NCBI GenBank assembly: GCA_965248755.1
Contig: OZ252149.1
Coordinates: 2,080,001-2,144,000 of the forward strand
DNA: 64,000 nt
Direction: 5' to 3'
Source: Candidatus Latescibacterota bacterium
GTDB lineage: Bacteria > Latescibacterota > CBDEFO01
Below, piece by piece: positions 10,308-20,302 of the stretch. The notes beneath the pieces are model-generated. The model was given only the letters and a program-made list of their open reading frames with translations. It searched no databases and had not been told where the DNA came from. The position numbers and the translations under genes were made by a program. Positions within the stretch are counted from its first letter, which is position 1. The number at the start of each line of letters is the position of its first letter.

Positions 10308-11479
10308 CTATACGATATTAAGAGCGGCGTTGATATCGTCCTGATAGACTGTATGCCGATCTTCTATAACATCGGTGACTAAAAGAGGTCGATTTTGAGC
10401 TGAGGATTCGATCACAGCGTAGGATAAAGCCATTGCTTCCAGCCCCGACTGTCCATCGGTTTCAAACTCCACCTCTCCATTGATAGCTCTGAGGAACTCG
10501 AGCAACTCCAAAGTGACTGGATTGGTTAATCCTCCGGGAAACTGGGATTTTTTGAGTTCTGTTGGCGCGTTTGCCTTGTAATATTCGACTAGGCCGATTC
10601 TCTTCCCGCCATCGAGGAAGAGCGTGTCCTCCTTCAGACATCCCTCTTCGCCGTAGATGGTGTAAGGGACGCTTGTAGATTCTCCCCCGTGTCCCCACAA
10701 GGTCAGGACCCACACTCCTGTCGCGCCGCATTCGAACTCCAAAAGTGAGAACGACGCATCCTCCACGCTGTTTTCAAAGGGCTCAGATTTGATACCTAAT
10801 TCGTCGCGAAGATATCGGAACGGAACGAAATGTCGCGCCATTCCGAAGACCTGTTTGACCTCTCCAATATGAAGCCTGAAAAGATCGGCGTGGTGTACAC
10901 CCATGTCGAGCACCCATCCCGCTCCGGCATCCATCTTTCGATGTCTCCAGGGAGTGCCTGCGACGACGGAATCGGGAACACCCTCAATACGACCTGAATC
11001 ATTATCTTCGGCTCTCCGAGCAGCCCCTGATCGACAGCGTACTTCCGAGCGCTCTGATTCAACCCGCGTCTGGTATTTTCCGCTACTCATAAGATCTTAC
11101 CTGTCCTCTTGGCCGTTTCGATCATACGGCGTCCTGCGCGGATAGTTATGGCAAAAGGCTTCTCCACCATGCAATCTATCCCGGCCTCCAGAGAGTCGAT
11201 GGCGATAGTGTGGTGGCTTTTGTGATCCGTTACTATATCCACCGCGTCCACTATCCTTTCATCGAGCACCTGACGGTAGTCAGTAAAGACCTTAGGGCGA
11301 TATCTGAGCCGCTCCTCTGCGGCATCTGCAGCGGTCTGGGCACGCTCCTCTACTATGTCGCATACGGCTGTCAACTCGCCGATATTAAACCCTGAATCAA
11401 TGATGTCCTTGAGACATTGTGACCTTGACTGCGCCATCCCTCCGGTGCCGATGATTCCTATACGAACCTTCTGGCTCAT
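10308..11479 (-). pseudogene. Gfo/Idh/MocA oxidoreductase, disrupted
   Basis: IGIIGTG, VEKPFA; in-frame TGA at 11087-11089 (KIL*VAENTRR...GLLGEP), then a frameshift near 10990 into WRH...GAGWVLDMGVHHADL. Confidence 0.85.
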
Positions 11480-11703
11480 TCAGCTTTCACCTGTTTTTCA
11501 ACTTCTGTTCCCGCGATGAGTTCCCTAAAATCGATGCCTAAGATACGGGCTAACTTCTTGACCACCTCCACTCTCGGAACGAAGCCGTGGTCTATCTTGC
11601 TCAGGTAACCCTGGGCTATGCCCGCCTTTTCGGAAAGCTCTTTTTTGCCTATCCCTTTTTCTTTGATAATCTTATTAAGTCGCTCACTGAGCGATCCCTC
11701 CAT
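11476..11703 (-). CDS. XRE-family HTH transcriptional regulator
   Basis: KKELSEKAGIAQGYLSKID; AAGGAGG RBS. Confidence 0.85.
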   Translation of the reverse strand: MEGSLSERLNKIIKEKGIGKKELSEKAGIAQGYLSKIDHGFVPRVEVVKKLARILGIDFRELIAGTEVEKQVKAE

Positions 11704-11728
11704 GGCTTGTCCTCCTTGTGGGATTACT

Positions 11729-12919
11729 TCAGTTTTTCAGACTATGATGCACTGTAGATACAGCGTAAGCCCCTATGCCCTCACCTCTTCCCAAATAGCC
11801 TAATCCCTCAGTCGTCGTTGCCTTTACAGAGATTCTGTCCTTATCTATGCTCAGGGCGTCGGCTATGTTCTTGCGCATTTGAGATATGAACTTTGAGACT
11901 TTCGGCCTCTGCGCAGCAATAGTAGAATCCACGTTCACAATGGAAAAGCCCCTATCATCCAATATCTTCCTTACGCTCTCCAGAATAATCAGACTCGAGA
12001 TCCCTTCAAATTCGGGGTCAGAATCGGGGAAATGTCTTCCGATGTCGCCTAAAGCTGCAGCGCCTAAAAGGGAATCCGCAATGGCGTGACAGAGCACGTC
12101 CGCATCCGAATGACCCAAAAGCCCCTTTTCAAAGGGAATCTGAACTCCGCCTAATATCAGCTTTCTGTCATCTTGGAGCCTGTGAACGTCGAATCCGTGA
12201 CCTATCCTCAAATTCGGAGCGCCTGTTCTATTGGCGCTCTCCATCCTGCCCAAGATCAACTCTCCGACCTCCATATCCTCAGGCGTAGTAATCTTTATGT
12301 TATCGTATGACCCCTCCACAATCCCTACGCTGTGTCCTAACCTCTCAACCAAAGCCGCCTCATCAGTCCCGTAGAATCCATCTTCAAACGCCCTTTCAAA
12401 CGCCCTCTCTAATATCGTCCTCTCGAATACCTGGGGAGTCTGTGCGCACCATAGACTTTCTCTGTCCAGAGTGCGCTCCACAAATTTGTCCCTGCAGAAC
12501 TTCACCGTATCCACAGCCCGTACAGCCACGATAACAGCCCCCGCATCTTTGCAAAGCTCCACAGCCTTATCTATCAAGTCCGGTTCTATAAATGGCCTCA
12601 CAGCGTCGTGAACGACAACTATATCGATGTCCTTTTCTAAAACCTTCAGCCCCTCGTAGACAGAATCTTGTCTCTGTCTACCGCCAGTCACAACCTTTGA
12701 GACTTTGCCGAATCCCGCTCCAACCTCATCCCGGCATAGTTCCACATATCCTTTTGGGGCAACTACCACCACTCTGTCTATTGACTTGCAGTCTTCAAGT
12801 TTTTTGAGCGTATGAGCCAGAATCGTCCTCCCGCACAACTTTCTGAACTGCTTTGCTCTTTTTTCTCCCATCCTAACCCCCGCCCCAGCCGCAGGAATGA
12901 CAGCCCCGACCACAGACAA
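11729..12919 (-). CDS. ispDF: Bifunctional IspD/IspF (MEP cytidylyltransferase / MEcPP synthase)
   Basis: [50 protein letters not shown]. Confidence 0.95.
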   Translation of the reverse strand: MSVVGAVIPAAGAGVRMGEKRAKQFRKLCGRTILAHTLKKLEDCKSIDRVVVVAPKGYVELCRDEVGAGFGKVSKVVTGGRQRQDSVYEGLKVLEKDIDIVVVHDAVRPFIEPDLIDKAVELCKDAGAVIVAVRAVDTVKFCRDKFVERTLDRESLWCAQTPQVFERTILERAFERAFEDGFYGTDEAALVERLGHSVGIVEGSYDNIKITTPEDMEVGELILGRMESANRTGAPNLRIGHGFDVHRLQDDRKLILGGVQIPFEKGLLGHSDADVLCHAIADSLLGAAALGDIGRHFPDSDPEFEGISSLIILESVRKILDDRGFSIVNVDSTIAAQRPKVSKFISQMRKNIADALSIDKDRISVKATTTEGLGYLGRGEGIGAYAVSTVHHSLKN

Positions 12920-13593
12920 ATTTTGGATCCTTCAAGATTATGTTTTTCGACTACAGGTGCAGTCATCAGATATGTTCAGATAGTTCGTATTTCGTCTTTG
13001 AGACGTTTCTACTCAATGGAAGAATGTTGCAACCACAGCAAATCGGTTCCACATACGATATCTTGGCTTTGACAGCTAAGATAAGAAAGAAGTTACCGGA
13101 TGTCAATAAGAGACCTTATGTAAACTCCCATATCGAAGAACACCCCATGTCAGGGCCAGTCGACACCAATTTCTGAGCACTTCGGAGAGAGCTTGTGGGA
13201 AGTGAACCATTCTTAGGGGTTGATTTGACAACTCACGGTTCTTACAGTTACTAAAGTTCACTCGATTCAGGCTTAAAGTGGCTGGAGACATGTGAGAGGG
13301 GAGACATTGTGCTCCGACTCCCTCCCTGGGGCGAGGATTCTTCTGTCCATCGTCGCACAGAGACGAGGTTCGACCAACGTTCTGATGAAGCCTGCGTGGC
13401 TCTTTTTAAGCTTTCTCTTGCAGGTTACCACGGTCTGCCCATGACTGCCGCGTGGACGACAGTTATCAAAAGCATGGATAGTATTGGGGCGTCAGAAGAG
13501 CCATATATCTGAGGGTGAATAACAGTACTGAACAGAGCAAAATGACATATCGTCTGAGTCGGATTCTCAAACATTTAAGGGACACATTGGACG

Positions 13594-14033
13594 CTACGGC
13601 TGATCTTGTTGAATTTCAGCTCCTTTCTGCTTCTCATATAACAGCAGATCGGCTATACTAGACTTTTCCAGCAACTCAAGCATCTTCTCCTCTGCCTCTA
13701 ACCACACATCGCACAGGGCACAATCCCTTTCGTGAGGCCACCCCTCCCATCTCAATATGCACCGGCGAAACACAACAGGTCCATCTATCGCTTCCACCAC
13801 CTGCCGCATCGTAAGCTCATCAGCATCACAAGCCAAGAAAAATCCCCCTTTGGCCCCCCTTCTGGACCTGACAAAACCTGCCTTGAATAAATCTTGCAGG
13901 ATCTTGGCAAGGAAACTTTTGGGTGTATTTTCTGCTTGGCTATTCGGTTGATAAGGACTGCCTTTGGACTAGGCTGAGAAGCCAGATACATAAGTGCCCG
14001 CGTGGCATAATCTACAGCTATAGTTAACTGCAT
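13594..14033 (-). pseudogene. Rrf2-family transcriptional regulator, frameshifted
   Basis: MQLTIAVDYATRAL... shifts frame near 13936 to ENTPKSFLAKILQDL...RGAKGGFFL...VEAIDG. Confidence 0.85.
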
Positions 14034-14060
14034 TTCCACTTCTCCTCTGTGCAAAATGGC

Positions 14061-14089
14061 TTGACTACAAGCAGTTTGTTTATTAAAAT
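14061..14089 (+). promoter_or_regulatory. Sigma70-like promoter
   Basis: TTGACT-17 bp-TAAAAT. Confidence 0.5.
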
Positions 14090-14214
14090 AACTACATCTG
14101 TATCTATATTCACCACTTTGATAGATTCGTTTGGAACTAAAAATGAACCTCGCCTGCTGTTGTCACCTCCAAGGGGTTTAGCGACAGAGCACCTGAACTT
14201 AAGGGTAACGTTTC

Positions 14215-14243
14215 AATATAATCCAAAGATGTTGAGTTGTCAA
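14215..14243 (-). promoter_or_regulatory. Sigma70-like promoter upstream of the rrf2 pseudogene
   Basis: TTGACA-17 bp-TATATT on the minus strand. Confidence 0.55.
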
Positions 14244-14563
14244 GCACTAAAGTAAGGTAAATAATACAATTATAGTCATCTGTTTTGCGCCAACATGGTT
14301 GTATGCCCTCAAAAGTTGCATGGCCCTTCGTCTCATACGGCTAAATAACTGCAAAGAGACAATGTCTGCAGGCAGCTGTGATATCATCAGTTACGATCTA
14401 CAAGACGTTTGCCTATTTTATCACACTGCGTGCCTTGAAGGACAAAGGTGATGTCTTTTTGCTTGAGCTTTTTTACAGGGATCCAAACATGGGAGGTATC
14501 CGATGACATCATACGAACGGTTTATGTGCGCCCTTGAAACATGAGGGGCTTGGGTTCGGCGTG

Positions 14564-14612
14564 GTAGGCCAGACATTCTTGTCTGACATGGGCGAGGAGA
14601 CCTCGCCCCTAC
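14564..14612. repeat. GTAG-type REP doublet
   Basis: gtagg-cagacattcttgtctg...gggcgaggagacctcgccc-ctac. Confidence 0.6.
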
Positions 14613-14643
14613 ACTACTTTACTTGAGGAGGAAGATTGCCGTA

Positions 14644-15591
14644 ATGTCAGAAGAACTCATATCAAAATTGGACAACTGGGAGGTGCTATTGCTTGTGGGA
14701 GGTGCCTTCAAGGCGGGCATATTTGACCTCTTGTCCGACGGTCCGATGTCCGCGCCGGAGATTGAAAGTGGTCTTAAAGGAGATCAAAGAGCTATCACAG
14801 CTGTCGCTGACGCTCTTGTGGAGGAGGGTTATCTGGATAAACACGAGGAAAAGTATCACATAAGCGACAGAGCAAGGGATATCTTTGTAGATTCTGCAAG
14901 TCCCATCTATTCGGCCGGCAGGATTATGCTTCGGTACGAACTGGTGGAACGCTGGCTGAATATCCCTGAACTTATAAAGGGAGATAAGACCCCCCAAGGA
15001 TTCAGATCCGAAGAGGAGCTCAAAATCTTCGTGGCGGCTATGGCACAAAGACCGAAAGAGTCGGTCCGGGAAGCTGTGGACATCTGCCTTGAATACGTCC
15101 CAAATATGAAGACCCTGTTAGATCTGGGAGGAGGTCCGGGGGCACACGCTGTAGAATTTGCCGCAAGGGGCATCAGGGTAACTGTCTTGGATACACCCGA
15201 AGTGATAGATATTGTCAGAGCTGTTCTCGGGATGGAGAAGAGGATAGATTTAGTTGTGGGCGATTTCTTGGAGTCGGTCCCCCAAGGACCCTTTGACCTT
15301 ATCTTTATGGGCAACATAACCCATATATATGGCCCCGAGGATAACAAGGCGCTTTTCAACAAAGCGGGCCAATCTCTCGCCTCTGATGGATACGTGGCGA
15401 TCCTAGACTTTGTGCGGGGTCGAAGCCCTTACGCCCCGCTATTTGCGGTCAATATGCTGGTCAACACGGAAAGTGGAGGCACGTGGACCCGAGGGGAGTA
15501 TGGCGCATGGCTCAAAGAAGCGGGCTTTGAAGAGATAAAGATAGAGGATATTGAAGACAAGGACGTACAACTCATATTCGCTAAAAGGTGA
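14644..15591 (+). CDS. SAM-dependent O-methyltransferase (family 2, N-terminal wHTH dimerisation domain)
   Basis: LLDLGGGPG, GDF, FAVNMLVNTESG. Confidence 0.9.
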   Translation: MSEELISKLDNWEVLLLVGGAFKAGIFDLLSDGPMSAPEIESGLKGDQRAITAVADALVEEGYLDKHEEKYHISDRARDIFVDSASPIYSAGRIMLRYELVERWLNIPELIKGDKTPQGFRSEEELKIFVAAMAQRPKESVREAVDICLEYVPNMKTLLDLGGGPGAHAVEFAARGIRVTVLDTPEVIDIVRAVLGMEKRIDLVVGDFLESVPQGPFDLIFMGNITHIYGPEDNKALFNKAGQSLASDGYVAILDFVRGRSPYAPLFAVNMLVNTESGGTWTRGEYGAWLKEAGFEEIKIEDIEDKDVQLIFAKR

Positions 15592-18488
15592 CTATACTTT
15601 CTGACAGTACCTCTTACACATATCGCCTCGGCGTGGACATCGGCGGCACATTTACTGATATAATGCTTATGGATGACCGGACCGGAAAGCTAATAATCGA
15701 GAAGGTTCCCACCACGGCAGAAGATCCATCTGTAGCCGTAGTAGATGGTCTTTCCGACATCCTCAAGGAAAATGCAATATCCCCCCAGGACATAGCCAAC
15801 GCCATACACGGCACCACACTCGTTACGAACGCCATTATAGAGAGGAGGGGAGCAAAGGCAGGCCTTATAACCACAGAGGGCTTTAGAGACGCCCTGGAGA
15901 TAGGAAGAGAAAGGCGGTACGACATATACGACCTTTTTCTCGAACTGCCAGAACCCCTGATCCCCAGATATCTGAGATGCGAAATAGATGAGAGGCTCGA
16001 TAGCGAGGGGAACGTCATGAAAGAGCCCGATGGCGATGAAGTCTCAGAAAAGATCGAATACCTGCTGTCCCAGGCCGTGGAGGCGATAGCTGTCTGTCTC
16101 CTCCATTCCTACCGAAATCCCGCTCACGAGGTTGCCGTAAGGGATGCCATAGCTAAAATCGCACCCGAGATGTCAGTATCCCTCTCATCTGACGTCGTGC
16201 CTGAGATAAGAGAGTACGAAAGGACATCCACCACAGTCGCCAACGTTTACGCCAAGCCCCTCTGTGAGAGATATCTCGGCTCTCTTCAATCTGAATTGAA
16301 AGACCTCGGGGTTCAAAGCGATCTGTATATAATGCTTTCCAACGGGGGGATAGCCACCTGCGAGACAGCCGGAGAGTTCCCGGTAAGAATAGTGGAATCT
16401 GGTCCCGCAGCAGGTGCACTCGCCGCTGTCTTCTACGGTAAACTTACAGATACGCCTGACATAATCTCATTCGACATGGGAGGCACTACCGCCAAGACCT
16501 GCATCATAACTGACAATCTCCCAACATATACCACCGATTTCGAGATCGCACGCGTCCACCGGTTCAAAAAGGGCAGCGGACTGCCCATAAAGGTACCGGT
16601 CATAGAGATGATCGAAATAGGGGCAGGCGGCGGGAGCATCGCCTCGATAGACAAGATGGGACTCTTGAAGGTCGGTCCCCAAAGTGCAGGATCAGATCCC
16701 GGTCCTGTCTGCTGCGATAGAGGCGGAGATGATCCCACAGTCACAGACGCAGACCTAATCCTCGGTTACCTCAACCCCGACTACTTCCTCGGCGGCAGGA
16801 TGAAGCTGAACGTTCAAAAGGCCGTGGACGCTATACGGACTAAAATAGCAGAACCCCTCGGATTAGGTCTGGCTCACGCCGCTTTCGGAATTCATCAGGT
16901 AGTAAACGAGAACATGGCCAACGGCTCAAGAATACACGCCGTCGAAAAGGGCAAAGATCTCAGAAGGTACGTCCTTGCGGCGTTCGGAGGGGCCGGTCCT
17001 GTGCACGCCTCTCGGATCGCTGAAAAGCTCAGAATAGAAAAGATAATAGTCCCCCTTGCCGCCGGAGCCACGTCTGCCTTCGGCTTATTGACCGCCCCGA
17101 TCTCCTTCGATTTGGTGCGCACGTACATTTCTTCCCTTGGGGAACTCGATATAGATCGACTCAATAGTAAATTCGGCGATATGGAAAGGTCAGTCCTGAG
17201 TCTGCTTGAAAACGCCAGAGTCCCGGAACAAGATGTAATCATAATCAGGTCAGCCGACATGCGCTACAAGGGACAGGGCTTCGAGATCAATGTCCTTGTA
17301 CCTTCGGGAGAGATAACCTCCGAGGCGATTCCAACTTTGCAGAGAGCCTTTGAAGAAGAATACCTCAGGAACTACAAGAGACTGAATAGGGGGTTTGAGA
17401 TAGAAGCCCTGAACTGGAGAGTGTTCGCATCTGGACCCAAGCCCGAGGTTAAACTAAACTTTCATACGCCCTTGCAGGGCAGCTTAGACGACGCCCTTAA
17501 GTCCCGTCGGAAGGTCTATTTCGACGAGTACGGAGAATACATAGACTGTCCTGTCTACGACCGATACGCTCTCGCCCCCGGATCCAGCTTCAAAGGCCCA
17601 GCCATTGTGGAGGAGAGGGAATCCACGGCGGTAGTCTGCCCTCAATGGGAGGCACATACGGATCGATACAACAACCTTATTATGACCCGATGCGATCCCC
17701 GATTGAATCTATCGGGGAGCAAAAAAGACGTCGCAAGGACTCAGTTCGGAAGACAGGCCGAGCGATACGCCCATAGCTCCGTTCACGCAAGTGGTGAGAC
17801 GCTCTCTGCAATCGTACAGTTGGCCGGTCCGACCCGCAAAGACAAAAGCCTGGACGTAGCCACAGGCACAGGCTTCACCGCCTTCGCCGTAGCGGAATCG
17901 GCAGGATCCGTTATTGCCACGGACATAACTCCTCCCATGCTCGACCAGGCGAGGAAGATAGCAGAGGAACGTCGTATTTCCAACGTGATCTTTCAACTTG
18001 CCGATTCGGAGAATCTCCCCTTTAAGGATCGAACCTTCGATATTGTAACCTGCCGAAGTGCGCCCCATCACTTCGGGGATGTCCCCGCATTTCTCATGGA
18101 ATCGGCAAGGATCTTAAGACGGGGCGGACGCCTCGTCGTATCCGACCCATCCTCGCCTGAAGACGATGAAATTGACCGATGGATCAATAGGTTGGAATCG
18201 ATCCGCGACCCCTCGCATGTGAGAATGTATCGTCCCACAGAATGGAAGAGCATGCTCGAAGGAGCCGGACTCATTCTTAAAGATGAACTCCTCAGCGTTT
18301 CTTACGACCAGACCTTTGTCCGATGGACAGACAGAGCCGGAGTCGGCTCCAAAGTTAAAGAAAAGCTCAAAGAGATGTTTCTGAACGCCCCCGACAAGGT
18401 AAAGGCCGCCTTCGGAATCGAATGCGACAGTGACGACATAAAATTTCGCTGGAACGCATACGTCTTCAGAGCTGAAAGAGAAGACTGA
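15588..18488 (+). CDS. Hydantoinase A/oxoprolinase subunit fused to a C-terminal class I SAM methyltransferase
   Basis: GVDIGGTFTD, HGTT..TNA, SGPAAG, DMGGTT, GAGGGS, FGGAGP; after ~aa 710 LDVATGTG...AENLPF..FDIVTCRSAPHHF. Confidence 0.88.
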   Translation: MTILSDSTSYTYRLGVDIGGTFTDIMLMDDRTGKLIIEKVPTTAEDPSVAVVDGLSDILKENAISPQDIANAIHGTTLVTNAIIERRGAKAGLITTEGFRDALEIGRERRYDIYDLFLELPEPLIPRYLRCEIDERLDSEGNVMKEPDGDEVSEKIEYLLSQAVEAIAVCLLHSYRNPAHEVAVRDAIAKIAPEMSVSLSSDVVPEIREYERTSTTVANVYAKPLCERYLGSLQSELKDLGVQSDLYIMLSNGGIATCETAGEFPVRIVESGPAAGALAAVFYGKLTDTPDIISFDMGGTTAKTCIITDNLPTYTTDFEIARVHRFKKGSGLPIKVPVIEMIEIGAGGGSIASIDKMGLLKVGPQSAGSDPGPVCCDRGGDDPTVTDADLILGYLNPDYFLGGRMKLNVQKAVDAIRTKIAEPLGLGLAHAAFGIHQVVNENMANGSRIHAVEKGKDLRRYVLAAFGGAGPVHASRIAEKLRIEKIIVPLAAGATSAFGLLTAPISFDLVRTYISSLGELDIDRLNSKFGDMERSVLSLLENARVPEQDVIIIRSADMRYKGQGFEINVLVPSGEITSEAIPTLQRAFEEEYLRNYKRLNRGFEIEALNWRVFASGPKPEVKLNFHTPLQGSLDDALKSRRKVYFDEYGEYIDCPVYDRYALAPGSSFKGPAIVEERESTAVVCPQWEAHTDRYNNLIMTRCDPRLNLSGSKKDVARTQFGRQAERYAHSSVHASGETLSAIVQLAGPTRKDKSLDVATGTGFTAFAVAESAGSVIATDITPPMLDQARKIAEERRISNVIFQLADSENLPFKDRTFDIVTCRSAPHHFGDVPAFLMESARILRRGGRLVVSDPSSPEDDEIDRWINRLESIRDPSHVRMYRPTEWKSMLEGAGLILKDELLSVSYDQTFVRWTDRAGVGSKVKEKLKEMFLNAPDKVKAAFGIECDSDDIKFRWNAYVFRAERED
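17697..17717. repeat. Short palindromic element in frame at the domain junction
   Basis: ccccgattgaatctatcgggg (encodes PRLNLSG). Confidence 0.85.
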
Positions 18489-18489
18489 T

Positions 18490-20181
18490 ATGGAAAAATT
18501 AGACCCCATACAATTAGAAGTCCTCTGGAACAGGCTGATCTCCATCACACAGGAGCAGGCCGCCGCTCTGATACGGTCGTCCTTCACCACGGTCGTGAGA
18601 GAGGCGGAGGACATATCGGCCGGGGTGTTCGACACGAGGGGCAACATGGTAGCCCAGGCGATCACGGGGACTCCGGGCCATATAAATAGCATGGCAAACG
18701 CAGTCAGATTCTTCCTTGAGAGGTATCCTTTAGAGTCCCTCAGACCCGGAGACACGCTCATTAGCAACGATCCCTGGCTTACGTCGGGACATCTCAACGA
18801 CATCACTGTAGTCACTCCTACTTTCAAAGGTGACAGACCTGTAGGTCTCTTTGCGAACATCTGCCACGCTATGGACATTGGCGGAAGGACGATGGGAGCC
18901 GATGCCCGCGAGGTCTTCGAAGAGGGACTCTACATCCCTGTTATGAAGCTCTGCAACAAGGGTGAATTCGATCAGACCTTAATTAGACTCATCCGGGCTA
19001 ACGTCCGAGTCCCTGACCTGGTAATGGGTGATATAACCGCCCAGGTATCGGCCAACGAAGTCGGTTCTGAAAAACTTTCTGAGTGCATGGACGAATATGG
19101 TCTCGATACCATCGAGCCCCTATCAGATGCGATAATCGATCGCTCGGAAGAGGCCATGAGAGATGCTATATCAGAGATCCCGAACGGCACGTATAGAGAT
19201 GAAATACGCATGGACGGCTTCGACGAAGACATAATCGTCAAAGTGGCCATAACCGTCGAGGACAGAGACATCAACGTGGACTACACGGGGACGTCTCAAG
19301 AATCCGACAGGGGCATAAACGTGGTGTTCAACTACTGCCACGCCTACACCACATATCCGCTCAAGTGCGCTGTCAACCCCGAAGTCCCCAACAACGAAGG
19401 AAGCTTCAGACCCGTGACGGTCCATGCTCCCGAAGGTTGCATACTCAACGCCCTGTGGCCTGCACCAGTAAGCGGAAGACACATACTCGGACACTTCCTC
19501 TACGGTGCTATCTTCGGCGCCCTTTCCAAGGTCATGCCCGAAAGGGTCACAGCCGAAGGCTCGTCCAACTTATGGAACACGCAGTTTGACGGATACGATC
19601 AAAATGGTCAGAAGTTTGCATACATCTACTTTTCATCGGGAGGGACAGGCGCCCGCCCCACCTCAGATGGTATCTCCGCTGCGGCATTCCCCAGCGGCGT
19701 CCTCGGAGTCCCGGCCGAGGTCATAGAGAACGTATCCCCGCTCTTTATGAAAAGGCGGGAGCTCATCTCCGACTCAGGCGGACCCGGTAAATTCAGGGGC
19801 GGCCTCGGACAGAAGATGGTCATAAGCGTAAGGAGCGACAGGCCCGCCGTACACTCCTGTATGTACGACCGCATAAAGAATCCGGCCAGAGGGTTTGCAG
19901 GTGGCAGTCCCGGAAGACCCGGAAGCTTTTATCTTTCCCATGGAACTTATCCACATCCAAAACGTAGGTACGTATTGGAGCCCGGAGTCGAAGTCCATCT
20001 GGACCTCCCCGGCGGGGGCGGCTTCTACCTGCCTTCTGAAAGGGACGCCGAAATGGTCCTAAAAGACGTGATAAACGGACTCGTCTCCGTAAAGAGCGCA
20101 AAAGAGGACTACAAAGTGTGGATAGATGAGAAGGCTATGACTATAGATTACGAAAAGACGGAGCAACTACGCTTAAAGTAG
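18490..20181 (+). CDS. Hydantoinase B/oxoprolinase family protein
   Basis: DPIQLEV, NDPW..SGHLND, DSGGPGKFRGGLG, PGGGG. Confidence 0.92.
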   Translation: MEKLDPIQLEVLWNRLISITQEQAAALIRSSFTTVVREAEDISAGVFDTRGNMVAQAITGTPGHINSMANAVRFFLERYPLESLRPGDTLISNDPWLTSGHLNDITVVTPTFKGDRPVGLFANICHAMDIGGRTMGADAREVFEEGLYIPVMKLCNKGEFDQTLIRLIRANVRVPDLVMGDITAQVSANEVGSEKLSECMDEYGLDTIEPLSDAIIDRSEEAMRDAISEIPNGTYRDEIRMDGFDEDIIVKVAITVEDRDINVDYTGTSQESDRGINVVFNYCHAYTTYPLKCAVNPEVPNNEGSFRPVTVHAPEGCILNALWPAPVSGRHILGHFLYGAIFGALSKVMPERVTAEGSSNLWNTQFDGYDQNGQKFAYIYFSSGGTGARPTSDGISAAAFPSGVLGVPAEVIENVSPLFMKRRELISDSGGPGKFRGGLGQKMVISVRSDRPAVHSCMYDRIKNPARGFAGGSPGRPGSFYLSHGTYPHPKRRYVLEPGVEVHLDLPGGGGFYLPSERDAEMVLKDVINGLVSVKSAKEDYKVWIDEKAMTIDYEKTEQLRLK

Positions 20182-20277
20182 GGGAGAACCCATCAGATAG
20201 TAGCCGGAGAGGTGGAGCAGCGATCCACGAAGTGGTTCGCCCAAATTTAAAGGGCAGACACACGGGTCTGCCCCTAC
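20178..20277. repeat. GTAG-type REP doublet (left unit interrupted)
   Basis: gtaggggagaaccc...gtggttcgccc...agggcagacacacgggtctgcccctac. Confidence 0.6.
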
Positions 20278-20302
20278 CCACTTATTAGGAGACCGATCCC
20301 CT

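Noticed and set aside
14503..14544. Mini-ORF MTSYERFMCALET resembling a URO-D family N-terminus
   Set aside because: Only 13 codons; insufficient evidence.
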